Part shown: positions 61,051 to 64,000 of the stretch, piece by piece
Position numbering within the stretch: position 1 is the stretch's first letter
Layout: each line of letters begins with the position of its first letter
Assembly: GCA_013239625.1 (NCBI GenBank)
Contig: MU054033.1
Coordinates: 434,001 to 498,000 of the forward strand
Direction: 5' to 3'
Length of the DNA stretch: 64,000 bases
Origin: Lama guanicoe
Taxonomy: Eukaryota
Program-made: the position numbers and the translations under genes
Notes under the pieces: generated by a model
Database searches by the model: none
What the model saw: only the letters and a program-made list of their open reading frames with translations
What the model was told of the DNA's origin: nothing

Positions 61051-62244
61051 GAATATATTTAAATATAATATTTTAAAATATAATAAAAAGAGTAACATTG
61101 ATTAAGCACTTTCTAGGCACCAGAAATGTTATTCACATTATGCTTTACACGTTATTCAGATACAAATGAAAATCTGTAAGCCATAAAATACTCACTCAAC
61201 GGTAGCTTTAAAAAAATCCTGATTTATTTTCCACACACTCTGGAAGCCCAGAGGCAGGTAGACAGTCACTTACTTTGATGTTTTCCTCTATGGGCCAATG
61301 GGTGCATTGCATCCTTTTTTTTTTTTAAAGCAAGAGAAGAGGAAAAGAAGAGGCACCTGTGACCTCTTCCATCTCTCTGGCTAGAATGCTGTCAGATAGC
61401 CACCCTACCTCCAAGGATGTCTGCGGAAGTATGTGGCACTTGCAAATCCCAAAATAGACAAGGACTAGAGGAATGAGCTTGACACTGGGTGTTCAGTGAG
61501 TCAGACACATTACCTCCTGTTGGCGACATCCTCACCAGCACTTCTGAGGGCAGCAGAGTCGTCATCCCAAGGTTACGGTCGCAGTTGTGAATGGTGGCAC
61601 GCACGCTTCTAGCCGCTGTATTGTAAACAGTCATAGTAAGGATGCTTTTTCCTCCTGTCTCGTTGCTCATGGCTGATGTCAAATAATCATGGTTATTCTT
61701 GTTTATTTCCCTCTTTAAAGGGGAAGGCTTTCTTGCTTCACTGTTAAGTAAATGATTAAACGTGTCCTGAAAACGAATACTCTTCAAATATTCAACAGCA
61801 AAAATGGATATTTTTCAGCACCAAAAAAGTGTTCTTTTCTAGTCTGTACTTTAAAACGTTTTCCTTTTCTGACAACAAATATCTGTGTTTCTGACTAGCC
61901 TCCAGCAAAGTTACCAAAGGCATATCATACCCAAAAAGAGTGTTCGGGAGGACTTGCCCGACACTTTCCGGGCAAACCTCAAGCCTTTTTTTTTTCCCCC
62001 AGCTCCACCTACTTACAGAAGCATCAGCGCCTGACAAGAAACTAAACAACGTCGCTCGGATATACGGGAGAGGAGACTTCTGGTCCTGTGAGAGAGGTAA
62101 GAAAAGCGGAGAGCAATCTCCCTGCAAGACTTAAATCACTGTTTTTTTCTGTTTGCTACTTTCCGTGAGCTATATATTATCAGGAACCCATCTTTGAGAA
62201 TATTGCGGCACCTTCTACCGTTTCTGGAAGAGAGAAAAAAACTG

Positions 62245-62830
62245 GCTGGCTGGGTCTGGGTTTCTGAGAAATGGGGATCTGAGTCAAAGCTCACGGGTGA
62301 AGGTTTTCTTGGGAGGTACAACCCTAGCACTGCAAAAGTTGGGGGGAAGGGGAGGCAGAAAAGTAGGGAAAGGGGTAGGAGGTGACGTGTCAGCAAGCTG
62401 ACTACCGCTTCCCAAGCAAATGTGGCCCGTGTTCAGTGATGTGGACACCATGCTGCTAAGCTTGTGGGTTCCACGCCATCTCTTGCCTCCCACCGATCAG
62501 AATTCACCCCAGGGTGTGCCAGCTCCTCTGCACTTTGGGGCTGTGTTATCTGCCCTAGAGGCAGCTCTGGGAAGGGTAGGTACCCAGCTTCTGTGCTCGT
62601 CTGAGTTCCTAAGTGATGGAAACCCAAGTGTCTGCAGGACCTGCCAGGTCAGACCCTGTGCGTGGAGGGAGTCGGGTGAAGCCAGCCACACCCCCACGGA
62701 GGGCTGGAGACAGCCGGTCGGTGGGGTGGGAAAGGTGAAGGTGTCCCAGACAGGGCCTCTCCACGGGGCAAGCAACCAAGACTGGGGTAGCTGAGGCCCA
62801 GGGAATCCAGGAGCCCACACTGGGACCTGT
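62245..62830 (-). mobile_element. Old ERVL (LTR16-like) LTR
   Basis: gggtctgggtttctgagaaa..tctgagtcaaagctc..gttttcttgggagg start. Confidence 0.5.
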
Positions 62831-63582
62831 GTAACAGCTGTGGATATCTTCTTGTATATTAGGAAGAAAGTTCTATGCAGTAGGGTCGTGGGGCAGCATG
62901 AGTCCTACTTTGGGAACCACCCACAGGTGGCCGGGGGCAATGCAGCGCATCCCAAGTATGAACAGTGCCTGGAGGCTGAAGCCAGGAGGGTCTCAGCTTC
63001 CTTTGACCCAGTTCCGCGCTGCACTGCTTCAAGCCGGGCTACGTCCCCACGTGGGGTGAAGGCACGCGGTATGGAACCGTTCAGGATGGCGGGTTCCAGT
63101 GTGGCTCTGGGCTCTCAGGCTCTGAAGTCCAGCCTGAGTCCGACTGCTGGTCCCAACACCGCTCACCTCTTCCTGGGGTGGCAAGGGAATAAAATGCCTT
63201 AAAATAGGTGACATGTGCCAAACAGCGCAGGCACGCTGCGATGCCTTAGGGGTCTGTCTTACTACTGTGGCCTTGAGAGGGACCAAGCATGGGGACCGCA
63301 TTCACAAAGCATCGCTGTGGTGGTCAGCGCCGTGTAGGCGTGCCGTACACCCTGGCTCCTGCTTAGGAGTGGGGCCTCTTTCAAGAATTTTCAGCTCTCT
63401 TAAAATATCTTTTCCTTCTTCTGGGTTAATCAATCAAAATATGATTGAACTTAGGGAGAAAATAATAGAGATACTATACATAGTTAATAAATCCAAAGTT
63501 GCTGATTGCTTTTATTAGTGGTAAAAATAACTCTGGAAATCAGAAAAACTCAGTTTGGATTAAATTCCTAACATTGGCTTGC

Positions 63583-64000
63583 TTTTAGATTCTACAGATG
63601 AGTGATATCATATGGTATTTTCCTTTCTCTTTCTTGCTCCCTTCACTTAAACTGACGATCTCCAGGTCCATCCATGTTGCTGCAAATGGCATTATTTTAT
63701 TCTTTTTTATGGCTGAGTAGTATTTCATTAAATATATACATATACCACAACTTCTTCATCCAGACATCTGTCGATGGCCATTTAGGCCGTTTCCATGTCT
63801 TGGTTATTGTAAACAGTGCTGCTGTGAACATTGGGGTGCATGTGTCTTTTCAAATTAGAGTTCCCTGGACACAACTGAACTTTTCTGCAAACCAGAAATA
63901 GACTCACAGACATAGAAAAGAAACTCATGGTTACCAGCCAGGAAAGTGGGTATAAACTAGGAGACTGAGATTTGCAGGTACTAACTACTATATATGAAAT
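63583..64000 (+). mobile_element. L1 with 5' inversion (63583-63866 antisense, 63867-64000 sense), running off the window
   Basis: The outer end of the antisense part reads ..gaatctaaaa in sense, and the sense part starts ggacacaactgaactt; these are adjacent in the intact copy at 59870-59900. Confidence 0.9.

Noticed and set aside
61392..61787. 131-aa minus-strand ORF in unique DNA
   Set aside because: Non-ATG start and no recognisable domain; cannot be supported as a CDS

Overview
Repeat-dense mammalian genomic DNA with one 137-N assembly gap (13014-13150). It is most likely camelid: it has tRNA-derived SINEs resembling the Vic-1 type and a recurrent young L1 3' UTR family, and I see no Alu, B1, Bov-tA or PRE-1. 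I recognise no host protein-coding gene, structural RNA gene or CRISPR array. The only ORFs I can assign are decayed L1 ORF1/ORF2 pieces and a frameshifted Tc2/pogo-type DDE transposase fossil. The window is mostly layered and nested transposable elements (L1, L2, MIR, MaLR, ERVL/ERV1 solo LTRs, hAT), many with readable target-site duplications (TSDs), plus two CpG-rich putative regulatory patches (about 9.2-9.4 kb and 35.2-35.6 kb). The most interesting structure is a pair of same-family solo LTRs in inverted orientation (885-1504 +, 52129-52638 -). They differ by a tandem expansion of a CCAAT-box/octamer module and by loss of the poly(A) signal, and each points towards candidate non-coding exons. 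Other notable items are a twin-primed L1, a both-ends-intact internally deleted L1, several ultra-truncated insertions, and a stack of AATAAA+poly(A) ends. All family names come from memory of consensus sequences, not from a search. Boundaries without TSDs are approximate. I found no well-supported novel biological system; the transcript models are hypotheses.
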